Source: Candidatus Faecousia intestinavium (GTDB lineage: Bacteria; Bacillota; Clostridia; Oscillospirales; Oscillospiraceae). Taken from it: DNA of 58,198 bases. The stretch covers positions 1 to 58,198 of the forward strand of contig DVKV01000094.1 in assembly GCA_018715835.1 (NCBI GenBank), read 5' to 3'. The translations under genes were made by a program, and so were the position numbers. Below are positions 18,100 to 27,820 of the stretch, one piece after another; within the stretch, counting starts at the first letter, position 1, and every line of letters begins with the position of its first letter. Below the pieces are notes generated by a model. That model did no database searches, was not told where the DNA came from, and saw only the letters and a program-made list of their open reading frames with translations.

Positions 18100-19241
18100 C
18101 CCTGCTTTACCCGGGGTCTCCGGCCTCCGTCGGTGTACATATAATAATCGCACTTGATCATGCCGTTGTAGAGCTTGCGTTTCTTTGCGGCACGTCTCCC
18201 GAAGAAATGCTCAAACTCCGGCTCCGAGGTGATGATGAAGAAATTCCAGCCGTCGGCAAACTTCAGGTGCCGTCCCAGGGCGGCATAGAGCCGCTGGGCA
18301 CTCTGCTGCTCCAGCATCCGCTGGCCGTAGGGCGGGTTGGCAATGAGAATGCCTTTGTCCGCCGGCAGGGACATTTTGGTGGCGTCCCCATCCCGGAACT
18401 GAATCACGTCCCCCACTCCAGCCTTCCGGGCGTTGGCCATGGACAGGCTGACGCATTTGGGGTCGTTATCGGAGCCCAGAATCCGGTAGTCACCGTGGTA
18501 CTCCTTGTCCTTGGCTTCCGTGCGCACCTGGCCCCAGGTCTTGGCATCCAGCCACAAAAACGCCTCGCCGGAGAACCGGCGGTTCAGGCCCGGCGCCCGG
18601 TTTTTGGCAATCAGCGCCGCCTCAATGGGAATGGTGCCGGAGCCGCAGAAGGGGTCCCATACAAAGTCCCGGCCCCGGTAGTGGGTCAGCTGAACCATAG
18701 CCGCCGCCAGAGTCTCCCGCAGGGGGGCGTCGTTGCCCACCGCCCGGTAGCCCCGCTTGTGCAGCCCCGGCCCGGAGGTATCCAGATACAGCTGTACCCG
18801 GTCATTCATAATGGAAAACTGAAGCTGATACAGCCCTCCATCCTCCGGCAGCCAGTTCAGGCCGTATTTTTCTCCCAGCCGCCGGGAGGCCGCTTTCTTC
18901 ACAATGGCCTGACAGTCCGGCACGGACATGAGCTGACTGTTCAGGCAGTGGCCCTTCACCGGGAACCGGCCGTTTTTGGGAATAAAATCCTCCAGGCTGG
19001 CCCGGTAAACACCCTGGAACAGCTCTTCAAAGGTTTTCGCCTGGAAATCCGCCAGCACCAGCAGCACCCGCTCGCCGGTGCGCAGACACACGTTGGCCTT
19101 GGCCATGGCATAGGCGTCTCCGGAGAACAGCACCCGGCCGTTTTCCACCCGGACATTCTCCAGGCCCAGCCGCCGCAGCTCGTCACCGGCAATGCCCTCC
19201 AGGCCGAACAGGCAGGGCACCGCAAATTCAAATTGATCCAT
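18096..19241 (-). CDS. THUMP-domain class I SAM-dependent rRNA methyltransferase (RlmL/YpsC-like)
   Basis: LHKRGYR, APLRETLAA, DPFCGSGT and NPPYG motifs. Confidence 0.9.
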   Translation of the reverse strand: MDQFEFAVPCLFGLEGIAGDELRRLGLENVRVENGRVLFSGDAYAMAKANVCLRTGERVLLVLADFQAKTFEELFQGVYRASLEDFIPKNGRFPVKGHCLNSQLMSVPDCQAIVKKAASRRLGEKYGLNWLPEDGGLYQLQFSIMNDRVQLYLDTSGPGLHKRGYRAVGNDAPLRETLAAAMVQLTHYRGRDFVWDPFCGSGTIPIEAALIAKNRAPGLNRRFSGEAFLWLDAKTWGQVRTEAKDKEYHGDYRILGSDNDPKCVSLSMANARKAGVGDVIQFRDGDATKMSLPADKGILIANPPYGQRMLEQQSAQRLYAALGRHLKFADGWNFFIITSEPEFEHFFGRRAAKKRKLYNGMIKCDYYMYTDGGRRPRVKQG

Positions 19242-19263
19242 AGTTCCTCCGTTTTCGCTTCTC

Positions 19264-19809
19264 TCAGGGGATGATCTTACTGGCTTTCAGATACCGCTCT
19301 TCCTCGGAAAACACACAGCCGCAATATTTCTGCATATAAAACCCGTGTTCCCGGGCGAAGTTCTGCCCGTCCCGGAAATAGGGCCGGAAATCCCGATACA
19401 GGAAGTCCACGCCGTATTCCTTGGCTGCCCGCTCCGCTACCTCCCGCATGAGATCATGTTTCTGGTAGGGGCTGATGAACAAAGAGGATGTAAAGCTGTC
19501 AAAGCCTCCCTCCGCCGCCTGTCGGGCGGCCTCAAACAGCCGCATCTCATAGCACTTGACGCACCGGCCGGGAATGTCCTCCGCCACCGCCCGGACAAAG
19601 GGGCGCAGGCCGTAGTCGTTGCGCTCGATCAGGGGCAGTTCAATCTGCTGGGCATACTCCCGCAGGCAATTGCGCCGGGCCCGGTATTCGGTAAAGGGAT
19701 GAATGTTGGGATTGTACCAGAACCCCGTCACGTCGAAGCCGTCTCTGCGCAGCACCTCAATGGGCTGATTGGCGCAGGGAGCGCAGCAGATATGGAGCAA
19801 GGTTTTCAT
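19264..19809 (-). CDS. queH: Epoxyqueuosine reductase QueH
   Basis: LLHICCAPC, YNPNIHP, RCVKCY and YCGCVFS motifs. Confidence 0.92.
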   Translation of the reverse strand: MKTLLHICCAPCANQPIEVLRRDGFDVTGFWYNPNIHPFTEYRARRNCLREYAQQIELPLIERNDYGLRPFVRAVAEDIPGRCVKCYEMRLFEAARQAAEGGFDSFTSSLFISPYQKHDLMREVAERAAKEYGVDFLYRDFRPYFRDGQNFAREHGFYMQKYCGCVFSEEERYLKASKIIP

Positions 19810-19839
19810 AAAAACGCCTCCAAAGCAAAGTATCGGGGA

Positions 19840-21153
19840 TTATACCACGGAATTTTCCCCATTGCAAGGACAGATTTCTCCCCGGACACCCTCCCCGTAC
19901 AAGCCGGTAATCTCCACCGTCCGGATTAGGTTGTGCAGGTTCTCTCCGGCGGCATAAACCTTGACATAGTTGGGAGCGTGTCCGGCATAGAGTCCTTCCG
20001 AAACTTCCTCAAACAGCACCTGCTGCCGGGTTCCGATCAGACGGCGGCAGAATTCCTGCTCCATTTCCCGGGCAACGGCAATGGCCCGGCGGCTCCGGTC
20101 TTCTTTCACAGCGTTGGAGTGCTGACCGGGCATCTTGTCCGCCGGGGTGCCCGGGCGGCGGGAATAGGGGAAGATGTGCATGGCGGCGAAGCCGCATTTT
20201 CGGATAAAAGTCAGACTTTCTTCAAACTCCTCCTCCGTCTCCCCGGGGAAGGCCACGATCATGTCCGTGGTCACGGCGCAGCCGGGGAAGAACCGGTTCA
20301 GAAGTTCCACGCTCTCATAGTAGCGGGCAGTGTCGTACTTCCGTTTCATCCGGGCCAGGACGGTATCGCTGCCGCTTTGCAGACTCAGGTGAAAATGGGG
20401 GCACAGATTAGGCAGCGCCGACAGCCGACGGCAGAAATCCTCCGTCACCACTCTCGGTTCCAGCGAACCAAGCCGGACCCGAAGATCCGGCACCGCCCGG
20501 CAGACCCCTTCGATCAGCTCGGTTACTGCCGGTTTCCCCGGCAGATCCACCCCCCAGCTGGCGATTTCAATGCCGGTAATCACAATCTCCCGGTAGTCCC
20601 GCCGGGCCAGCTCCCGGGCCTGCTCCGCCGCCAGTTCCAGAGGAGCCGAGCGCACCGGCCCCCGGGTGTAGGGAATGATGCAGTAAGTACAGAAGTTCAC
20701 ACAGCCGTCCTGGACCTTCAGCATGGCCCGGGTCCGCTCCTCCAGCCCTCCGGCGGGAAGGATCTCAAATTCCCGGCGGCGCAGGGCGTTGTCCACTTGT
20801 TCACAGTGGGTGTGATGTTCCAGGGCATCCAGCATCTCCTGGATGAAGGCCCGCCGTCCGCCGCTGCCGCCGATGACGTCTATGCCCAGTTCCCGCACCG
20901 CCTCCGGGGCGTGCTGGGAATAGCAGCCGCAGACCCCGATCACCGCCTGAGGATTCTCCCGGCGGCACCGGCGGATCACCGCCCGGTTTTTCTTGTCCGC
21001 CACGGCGGTCACCGAGCAGGTGTTGATGATGTAGGCATCGCAGGGTTCGTCAAACCGGCCCAGGGTGTGGCCCAGCTCCGTGACAAAGTGCTCCATGGCC
21101 TGGGTTTCATACTGGTTCGTCTTGCATCCGAGGGTATAAAAAGCAAATTTCAT
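19840..21153 (-). CDS. mtaB: tRNA t6A37 methylthiotransferase
   Basis: TLGCKTNQYE, NTCSVT, QDGCVNFCTYCIIP radical SAM motif, FPYSRRPGT. Confidence 0.92.
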   Translation of the reverse strand: MKFAFYTLGCKTNQYETQAMEHFVTELGHTLGRFDEPCDAYIINTCSVTAVADKKNRAVIRRCRRENPQAVIGVCGCYSQHAPEAVRELGIDVIGGSGGRRAFIQEMLDALEHHTHCEQVDNALRRREFEILPAGGLEERTRAMLKVQDGCVNFCTYCIIPYTRGPVRSAPLELAAEQARELARRDYREIVITGIEIASWGVDLPGKPAVTELIEGVCRAVPDLRVRLGSLEPRVVTEDFCRRLSALPNLCPHFHLSLQSGSDTVLARMKRKYDTARYYESVELLNRFFPGCAVTTDMIVAFPGETEEEFEESLTFIRKCGFAAMHIFPYSRRPGTPADKMPGQHSNAVKEDRSRRAIAVAREMEQEFCRRLIGTRQQVLFEEVSEGLYAGHAPNYVKVYAAGENLHNLIRTVEITGLYGEGVRGEICPCNGENSVV

Positions 21154-21346
21154 ATTGTCAAATCCACCAATAATGTATTGTATTCATTGTCATAATCGTC
21201 CAAACCGCCAAGTTGCATTTTGCTAAGAAAATGCTATAATAACCACCGTACCCAATAAATTCGGGTCCAATGGAGCCGTTTCTCTTCCAGACGCTCCCCA
21301 TTATATACGATGTTCGCAAATTTGTACAGGTGGGAAGGCTGGTTTT

Positions 21347-21580
21347 ATGTGGGAATTTGAGATTCGACTGCAATCGGTTCAGGATGTCCAGGAATTTGTG
21401 GCGCTGGCTACCGGTTTTCCCTTCGGTGTGGAAGTCGGAAACGACCGCTACCGGGCAAACGGGAAGAGTTTCATGGAAATGTTCTGCCTGGACTTTCGTC
21501 ATCCCCTGATCGCTCGCGTGGAATGCAGTCAGGTTCAGCGGGATGCCTTTCAGGAAGCCCTCCAGCGGTTCCTGATCTGA
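21347..21580 (+). CDS. HPr/Crh-like small protein lacking the His15 region
   Basis: 77 aa; NGKSFMEMF resembles the HPr Ser46 motif; promoter TTGCAT-N16-TATAAT at 21213-21240; terminator after the stop. Confidence 0.7.
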   Translation: MWEFEIRLQSVQDVQEFVALATGFPFGVEVGNDRYRANGKSFMEMFCLDFRHPLIARVECSQVQRDAFQEALQRFLI

Positions 21581-21720
21581 ATGAATATGGCTCTAGTAGC
21601 ACCGTCCTGGGAATACTCGGGGCGGGTTTTTTTATCCCGAAAGCCCCCATCCAAACGGTTTGACTTTCCCCCGCCGCCATGGTATCATACTGTGTGAATC
21701 CAACAGGAGGACAAAACCCC

Positions 21721-22203
21721 ATGCAGTTTCTCTACTACGCCCTTTTCTCCGCCCTGATTGTGGGGGCGGATCAGATTACCAAATATCTGGTGGTTGCCAA
21801 CATCCCCCTTCAGGGAGAGGTTTCCTTCCTCCCCGGAATTTTACAGCTGACCTATGTGCAGAACGACGGCGCCGCTTTCTCCTCCTTTCAGGGACAGCAG
21901 TGGCTGTTCGCCCTGATTTTCCTGATTTTCACCGGTCTTCTCATCTGGGAATATTTCAAAAAGCCCCTGGGCTTTGTCCCTTTTGAGCGCTGGTGCATCG
22001 CCGCCATCTACGGCGGCGGTCTGGGCAACCAGATCGACCGGCTGCGGCTGGGCTATGTGGTGGATATGTTCGAAACCACCTTCATGGACTTTCCCGTATT
22101 CAATGTAGCAGACTGCTTCATCACCTGCGGCTGCGTGCTTGTGATGGTACACCTGGCCTTTTTCCACAAGGATTTCTGGAAGGATGAACACAAATGCGCC
22201 TGA
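21721..22203 (+). CDS. lspA: Lipoprotein signal peptidase II
   Basis: DQITK, NDGAAFS, GGGLGNQIDR, VVD and VFNVAD motifs. Confidence 0.95.
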   Translation: MQFLYYALFSALIVGADQITKYLVVANIPLQGEVSFLPGILQLTYVQNDGAAFSSFQGQQWLFALIFLIFTGLLIWEYFKKPLGFVPFERWCIAAIYGGGLGNQIDRLRLGYVVDMFETTFMDFPVFNVADCFITCGCVLVMVHLAFFHKDFWKDEHKCA

Positions 22204-23105
22204 TCGCCGATACCGCCGGAGAACGGCTGGATGCCTTCCTGGCCCGGGCCGGGGAGGGTCTGACCCGCAGCGCCGCCCAGAAGCTGCTGGAGCAGGGACT
22301 GGTGCTGCGCAACGGGAAGCCCGGCAAGAAAAATGACAAGCTCACCCCCGGAGACGTGGTGGAGTACACCATCCCGGAGGCAAAGCCGGTGGACATCGTC
22401 CCCACGGAGATTCCCCTGGACATTGTCTATGAGGACGAGGACCTGCTGGTCATCAACAAACCCAAAGGGCTGGTTGTGCATCCCGCCGCCGGACACAGCG
22501 ACGACACCCTGGTCAACGGCCTGCTCTATGCCCTGGGGGATGATCTGAGCGGTATCAACGGGGAGCTGCGTCCCGGAATCGTCCATCGGATTGACAAGGA
22601 CACCTCCGGCCTGCTGGCGGTGGCGAAGAACGATTTCGCCCACACCATGCTGGCCAGCCAGCTGAAAGACCACACCATGGCCCGGACCTACGAAGCCATT
22701 GTGGTGGGTTCTTTCCGTGAGGACTCCGGCACCGTGGACGCTCCCATCGGCCGCCACCCCACTGACCGGAAAAAGATGTGCGTCACCCAGCGCAATTCCA
22801 AACCCGCCGTCACCCACTGGGAAGTGGTGCAGCGCTACCGGGGCTATACCCACATCCGCTGCCGCCTGGAAACCGGACGCACCCACCAAATCCGGGTTCA
22901 CATGGCTTACATCGGCCATCCCATCCTGGGCGACACCGTTTACGGCCACAAAAAGCCGGAACTGGGGCAGGACAGTCAGTGCCTCCATGCAGGAGCATTG
23001 TGCTTCCAGCACCCCCGGGACGGCCATCCGGTGATGGTCTTTGCCCAGCTGCCTCCCTATTTCCGGGAGGTTTTGGATAAATTGGAAAAAATTGGCAGGA
23101 TATAG
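22194..23105 (+). CDS. rluD: RluA/RluD family 23S rRNA pseudouridine synthase
   Basis: S4 domain, RPGIVHRIDKDTSG and LETGRTHQIRVH; follows lspA. Confidence 0.88.
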   Translation: MRLIADTAGERLDAFLARAGEGLTRSAAQKLLEQGLVLRNGKPGKKNDKLTPGDVVEYTIPEAKPVDIVPTEIPLDIVYEDEDLLVINKPKGLVVHPAAGHSDDTLVNGLLYALGDDLSGINGELRPGIVHRIDKDTSGLLAVAKNDFAHTMLASQLKDHTMARTYEAIVVGSFREDSGTVDAPIGRHPTDRKKMCVTQRNSKPAVTHWEVVQRYRGYTHIRCRLETGRTHQIRVHMAYIGHPILGDTVYGHKKPELGQDSQCLHAGALCFQHPRDGHPVMVFAQLPPYFREVLDKLEKIGRI

Positions 23106-23123
23106 CAAAGAAAGGCAAGGATT

Positions 23124-23978
23124 ATGGCACAGTTTTCGGATGTTTTGCTTACGGTAGACTACGACCGCACCCTCACTGCCCCGGATTCCACCATCCCGGA
23201 GCGAAACCTGAAGGCCATTCGTTATTTTATGGAAAACGGCGGTGCCTTCACCGTGAACACCGGCAGAAGTGTGCCCATGACCAGAGCCTTCGTGGGAAAG
23301 GTTCCGGTGAACGCCCCCCTGCTGCTGTACAACGGCTCCGCCGCCTATGACCCCAACACCCGGAAATTTCTGTTTACCCACGAAATTCCCCTGAATCTGT
23401 GGGACACCATCCACACCTGTCAGACCCAGTTTCCGGAGATGACGGTGGAGGTTCAGGGGGTGGATGCCCACTACCGTTTCTCGGAAAATCCCGCCTGGGA
23501 CGCTTTCTGCGACCACAATCTCTGCGCCCGGGGCTATGCCCTGCCGGGGATGGATCTGGGGCCGTTTCTGAAATTCTCTCTGTATGGGGAAATCCGGGAG
23601 CCCACCGTTGCCGGCCTGTTTGACGGCAGCGAAGAGGAAATCCGGCGCATCGACCAGGTCCAGGAGCAGCTGAAAACGCTGTTCGGAGACTGCTGTGAAG
23701 TGTTCCGGGCCGCCCCCCGGATCCTGGATGTCCACGCCAAAGGGGTCAGCAAGGCCCGTTCCGCCCGGCAGCTGCAGCAGGAGCTGGGCCGGAAAATCCT
23801 GGTGTGCATTGGCGATGCCCAGAACGATCTTGCCATGCTCCAGGACGCGGATTTTGCATTCGTGCCCGGGGACTCCGCCCTGGCAGACCGCTTCCCCAAC
23901 GTGTGCCCTTGCGGCGATGGAGCGGTTGCCGATGTGATTTATGAAAAAATTCCGGAGATTTTGAAAATTCGCTCTTGA
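23124..23978 (+). CDS. HAD-IIB (Cof-like) hydrolase
   Basis: DYDRTL, TGR, SKA and GDAQNDLAML motifs. Confidence 0.88.
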   Translation: MAQFSDVLLTVDYDRTLTAPDSTIPERNLKAIRYFMENGGAFTVNTGRSVPMTRAFVGKVPVNAPLLLYNGSAAYDPNTRKFLFTHEIPLNLWDTIHTCQTQFPEMTVEVQGVDAHYRFSENPAWDAFCDHNLCARGYALPGMDLGPFLKFSLYGEIREPTVAGLFDGSEEEIRRIDQVQEQLKTLFGDCCEVFRAAPRILDVHAKGVSKARSARQLQQELGRKILVCIGDAQNDLAMLQDADFAFVPGDSALADRFPNVCPCGDGAVADVIYEKIPEILKIRS

Positions 23979-24003
23979 CACAAGAGAGGATTCATGATAG
24001 AAT
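23975..24003 (+). promoter_or_regulatory. sigmaA promoter of the tRNA operon
   Basis: TTGACA-N17-TAGAAT with an extended -10 TG. Confidence 0.75.
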
Positions 24004-24035
24004 TTTCTAGCTGAATCAGCTGGTGAAGCGAATTT

Positions 24036-24109
24036 GCGGGTGTAGTTCAATGGTAGAACACCAGCCTTCCAAGCTGGATACGCGGGTCCGATTCCCGTCA
24101 CCCGCTCCA
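24036..24109 (+). tRNA. tRNA-Gly(TCC)
   Basis: Cloverleaf; anticodon arm CCAGC-CT-TCC-AA-GCTGG; encoded CCA; T-loop variant TCCGATT. Confidence 0.93.
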
Positions 24110-24117
24110 TTCGATAC

Positions 24118-24194
24118 GCGCCAGTAGCTCAGCTGGATAGAGCAACTGCCTTCTAAGCAGTAGGTCGGGGGTTCGAGTCCCTCCTGGCGTGCCA
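24118..24194 (+). tRNA. tRNA-Arg(TCT)
   Basis: Cloverleaf; anticodon arm ACTGC-CT-TCT-AA-GCAGT; TTCGAGT T-loop; CCA. Confidence 0.96.
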
Positions 24195-24213
24195 TCGCAC
24201 GCAAATCAAATAT

Positions 24214-24291
24214 GGTGGATATGGCCTAGTTGGCTAAGGCGTCAGATTGTGGCTCTGAAGATCGTGGGTTCGAGTCCCATTATCCACCCCA
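24214..24291 (+). tRNA. tRNA-His(GTG)
   Basis: Cloverleaf with encoded G-1; anticodon arm TCAGA-TT-GTG-GC-TCTGA; CCA. Confidence 0.96.
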
Positions 24292-24292
24292 T

Positions 24293-24329
24293 CATCGGGG
24301 CAAAGGTTGCTTTGCCCCGATGTTTTTTT
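24293..24329 (+). terminator. tRNA operon terminator
   Basis: CATCGGGGCAAAG / CTTTGCCCCGATG plus T7. Confidence 0.85.
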
Positions 24330-24375
24330 GCGTTTTGATGTCTCCGGACAGGCACCGGAAAGGATCGGATTGACG

Positions 24376-24829
24376 ATGAAACAACATACTCTTTTAAAAA
24401 AGCTGCTTTCCATTCTTCCTCCCCGGCAAAAGGCGAACTTTTTGCTGATTCTGGCCCTTTCCGCTGTTCTCAGTCAGGTCACCCCCCTGGCGGTGGGTTA
24501 CCTCACCGACAGTGTGCTGACCAGTGACGCCATCACCTTTACCAGCGTGCTGCCGGTGCTGACATTGATTCTGGTGGTAAACGTGGTCAATGAGGTCATC
24601 AAGGTCATCCGGCGGCTGATTGTGGAGGACACCGCCACCCAGGGTTCCCAGATAGAAGGCCTCCTGCGGCACCACCGTCATCTCCATTGCCCACCGGCTC
24701 ACCACCCTGCGCAACTGCGACGAGATTCTGGTGATGGACGCCGGGCACATTGTCCAGCGGGGCACCTACGCCCAGCTGGAGCGTACCCCAGGCATCTTCC
24801 AGGACATGGCCCTGGGCAAGCTGCGCTGA
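24376..24829 (+). pseudogene. Internally deleted ABC exporter (TMD+NBD) remnant
   Basis: N-terminal TMD start (MKQHTLLKK...EDTATQ) joined out of frame to the NBD C-terminus (TTVISIAHRLTTLRNCDEILVMDAGHIVQRGTYAQL...KLR*); most of the gene is missing. Confidence 0.85.
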
Positions 24830-24864
24830 ACCACGATTTTCCCCTACAAAGAAGGAGCGACCCC

Positions 24865-26148
24865 ATGTTTGATACTCAATCTTTCGTGCTGAAAGGCGAC
24901 ATCTGCTTCAGCACTGACCCCCAAACCCTGAAAACCATCCCCGACGGCTATCTGGTGTGCCTGGACGGCCGCTGCGCCGGCGCTTTTTCCCAGCTGCCCG
25001 GGCAGTATCAGAATTTGCCCCTGCTGGACTGCGCCGGAAAGCTGATTGTCCCAGGGCTGGTAGACCTGCACGTCCACGCCCCCCAGTACAGCTACCGGGC
25101 CCTGGGCATGGACCTGGAACTGCTGGAGTGGCTGGAAACCCACACCTTCCCGGAAGAGAGCAAATACCGGGATGTGGCCTACGCCCGGAAGATGTATCCC
25201 CGGTTTGTAGAGGATCTGGTGAAAGGCCCCAACACCCGTGCCTGCATTTTCGCCACCGTTCACAACGACGCCACCCTCCATCTGATGGATCTGCTGGAAG
25301 ATTCCGGCCTGTGTACCATGGTGGGCAAGGTGAATATGGACCGCAACAGCCCGGACTCCCTCCGGGAAGCTGACGCCCAGGCCAGCCTGGACGCCACCCG
25401 GGACTGGCTTGGACGCCTTGCCGGACGCTACCAGCGGACGAAGCCCATCCTCACCCCCCGGTTTGTCCCCTCCTGCACCGATGAGCTGATGCAGGGACTG
25501 GGTCAGATTCAGAAGGAATATCACCTGCCGGTACAGTCCCACCTGTCGGAAAATCCCAGTGAAATTGCCTGGGTCCAGGAGCTGTGCCCCCAAAGCCGGT
25601 TCTATGGCGACGCCTACCGGATGTTCGGCCTGTTCGGCGGGGCGGACTGCCCCACCATCATGGCCCACTGCGTCTATTCTTCTGACGAAGAGGTCGAGCT
25701 GATGAAGCAGCAGGGGGTGTTCATCGCCCACTGCCCCGCCTCCAACACCAACCTTGCCTCGGGCATCGCCCCGGTGCGCCGGTATCTCACCGAGGGCATC
25801 CCCACGGGTCTGGGCAGCGATGTGGCCGGGGGTACCCATACCTCCATTTTCCGGACCATGGCCGACGCCATCCAGGTCTCCAAGCTGCGCTGGCGGCTCC
25901 AGGACAATTCTCTGGCCCCCCTGACCGCAGCGGAGGCCTTCTATCTGGGCACGCTGGGCGGCGGCGCTTTCTTCGGGAAGGTAGGCACCTTCCTGACGGA
26001 GTATGATTTCGATGCTCTGGTCATTGACGACAGCCGTTACACTCCCCAGGGCAGCCGCAGCATCCCGGAGCGGCTGGAGCGGACGCTCTACCTCAGCGAC
26101 GACCGGGACTTAAAGCACAAATTCGCTGCCGGACGGCAGCTGTTCTGA
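24865..26148 (+). CDS. guaD: Guanine deaminase
   Basis: PGLVDLHVHAPQY, WLETHTFPEE, TPRFVPSCT, QSHLSE, HCPASN and GLGSDVAGG motifs; own RBS GAAGGAG. Confidence 0.9.
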   Translation: MFDTQSFVLKGDICFSTDPQTLKTIPDGYLVCLDGRCAGAFSQLPGQYQNLPLLDCAGKLIVPGLVDLHVHAPQYSYRALGMDLELLEWLETHTFPEESKYRDVAYARKMYPRFVEDLVKGPNTRACIFATVHNDATLHLMDLLEDSGLCTMVGKVNMDRNSPDSLREADAQASLDATRDWLGRLAGRYQRTKPILTPRFVPSCTDELMQGLGQIQKEYHLPVQSHLSENPSEIAWVQELCPQSRFYGDAYRMFGLFGGADCPTIMAHCVYSSDEEVELMKQQGVFIAHCPASNTNLASGIAPVRRYLTEGIPTGLGSDVAGGTHTSIFRTMADAIQVSKLRWRLQDNSLAPLTAAEAFYLGTLGGGAFFGKVGTFLTEYDFDALVIDDSRYTPQGSRSIPERLERTLYLSDDRDLKHKFAAGRQLF

Positions 26149-26172
26149 ACCCAAGCTTAGAAAGAAGGAATC

Positions 26173-27012
26173 ATGTTGGAAAAGCCATGGATTCTGGTGC
26201 GGGGTGCCGGAGATCTGGCCACCGGGGTTCTGGTCCGGCTGGCCCGGTGCGGCTTCCGGGTCTGCACCCTGGAATGTGCCAACCCCTCCGCCATCCGGCG
26301 AAAAGCCGCCTTCTGTGAGGCCGTGTGGCAGGGCCGGGCGGAGGTGGAAGGTCTGGTCTGTCAGAGAGTTGACCGCCCGGAGCAGGCGGAAGAAGCTGCC
26401 CGGCAAGGAATCATCCCCTTGCTGATTGACGAAACCTGCGCCTGCGCAGCGGTTCTTCATCCGGCGGCGGTGGTGGATGCCATTCTGGCCAAGAAAAATC
26501 TGGGCACCACCCGAGCCCTGGCCCCCATCACCATTGGCCTTGGTCCCGGCTTTACCGCCGGGGCGGACGTGGATGCGGTGGTGGAAACCATGCGGGGCCA
26601 CCATTTGGGTCGGGTGATTCTGGACGGCCCAGCCATCCCCAACACCGGCATTCCCGGGAACATCGGCGGCTATACCGCCCAGCGGGTGATCCACGCCCCC
26701 GCATCCGGCCCCATGGTCTTTGTGCCGGATGAGAAGGGAACCACCATTGACATCGGCGCCATCGTAACGGAGGGCCAAATCATTGCCCGGGTAGGCGATA
26801 CGCCGGTGTACGCCAGCCTGACCGGCGTCCTCCGGGGTCTGATCCGGGAAGGATACCCGGTGACCAAGGGGCTGAAAATCGCCGACATCGATCCCCGGCT
26901 GGAACAGACTTCCTGCTGCGACACCGTGTCGGACAAGGCCCGCTCCATCGGCGGAGGGGTAGTGGAGGCACTGCTTCTTCTGGCAGCACAAAAAAATATC
27001 TCTTTGCTGTAA
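26173..27012 (+). CDS. yqeB: Selenium-dependent molybdenum hydroxylase system protein YqeB
   Basis: VRGAGDLATG, DAILAKKNLGT, GLGPGF, ETMRGHHLGR and KIADIDPR motifs. Confidence 0.9.
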   Translation: MLEKPWILVRGAGDLATGVLVRLARCGFRVCTLECANPSAIRRKAAFCEAVWQGRAEVEGLVCQRVDRPEQAEEAARQGIIPLLIDETCACAAVLHPAAVVDAILAKKNLGTTRALAPITIGLGPGFTAGADVDAVVETMRGHHLGRVILDGPAIPNTGIPGNIGGYTAQRVIHAPASGPMVFVPDEKGTTIDIGAIVTEGQIIARVGDTPVYASLTGVLRGLIREGYPVTKGLKIADIDPRLEQTSCCDTVSDKARSIGGGVVEALLLLAAQKNISLL

Positions 27013-27054
27013 AAAATTGCGGATTCCCGGCTTGGGGAATCCGCAATTTTGTTT

Positions 27055-27747
27055 TCAGGGCAGCAGCCAGGCAAGAATGGATTCCGGGTCCTCCCAGAGG
27101 CTACCCACCCGGCAGTCCACCCCTTCCCGGCGGAGCATCCGGGCGGCAAGATTTCCAATTTCTTTCTGACGGGGCGTTTCCGCCTGGTTCAGCAGCACCC
27201 GGTACTGATCCAGCGGCAGCCCGCCAGCCCGGATGCCGTCCCAGGCACACCGGCACAGCACCGTTTCCTCCACGGTCGTTCCCGGATTCTGTTCCCACGC
27301 CGGGTGCAGATGATACCGGTGCACCACCTCTGAAACCGGCTGATCCACAGCAGAAAGGCCCAGCACCAGAAGGCAGCGTTCCGTCTCCGGGGGAATCACC
27401 GGCTCTTCCTCCCGGTGGAGTTTCAGGGGCAGGCGCTTGGCCCCATCCGCTTCGCAGACAATCCAGTCCGCCCATTGGCCAGCCCGGGCCAGCAGCCCCG
27501 GCTCCAGCCTGGAGAGCTTCCCCTCCCCTTCCAGGTTCCCGGCACAGACAATCCCCGGCTTCTCCAGCGCCCAGCGCAATTCCTCAGATGTGGGATTCAC
27601 CAGCAGTTCCCGACTCTCCGGAGGCGAAACCGGGTAGATGTGGGTGGTGGTGGTCATCAGCACCCGCTGGCTTTCCAGCGCCCGGGCCAGGGTCATCATG
27701 GCAGTGGTTTTCCCCCCCGCCCCGATGATGGCGATGCAGTGTGCCAA
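27055..27747 (-). CDS. yqeC: Selenium cofactor biosynthesis protein YqeC
   Basis: GAGGKTT, TTTTHI and [11 protein letters not shown]...EPVIP motifs. Confidence 0.88.
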   Translation of the reverse strand: MAHCIAIIGAGGKTTAMMTLARALESQRVLMTTTTHIYPVSPPESRELLVNPTSEELRWALEKPGIVCAGNLEGEGKLSRLEPGLLARAGQWADWIVCEADGAKRLPLKLHREEEPVIPPETERCLLVLGLSAVDQPVSEVVHRYHLHPAWEQNPGTTVEETVLCRCAWDGIRAGGLPLDQYRVLLNQAETPRQKEIGNLAARMLRREGVDCRVGSLWEDPESILAWLLP

Positions 27748-27820
27748 AGCTTTCCCCTCCTCGTTGTTTCATTACCTGTAGCATACCCGCCCCGAAGCCA
27801 AAGGTCAAGCATTCTTTTCC

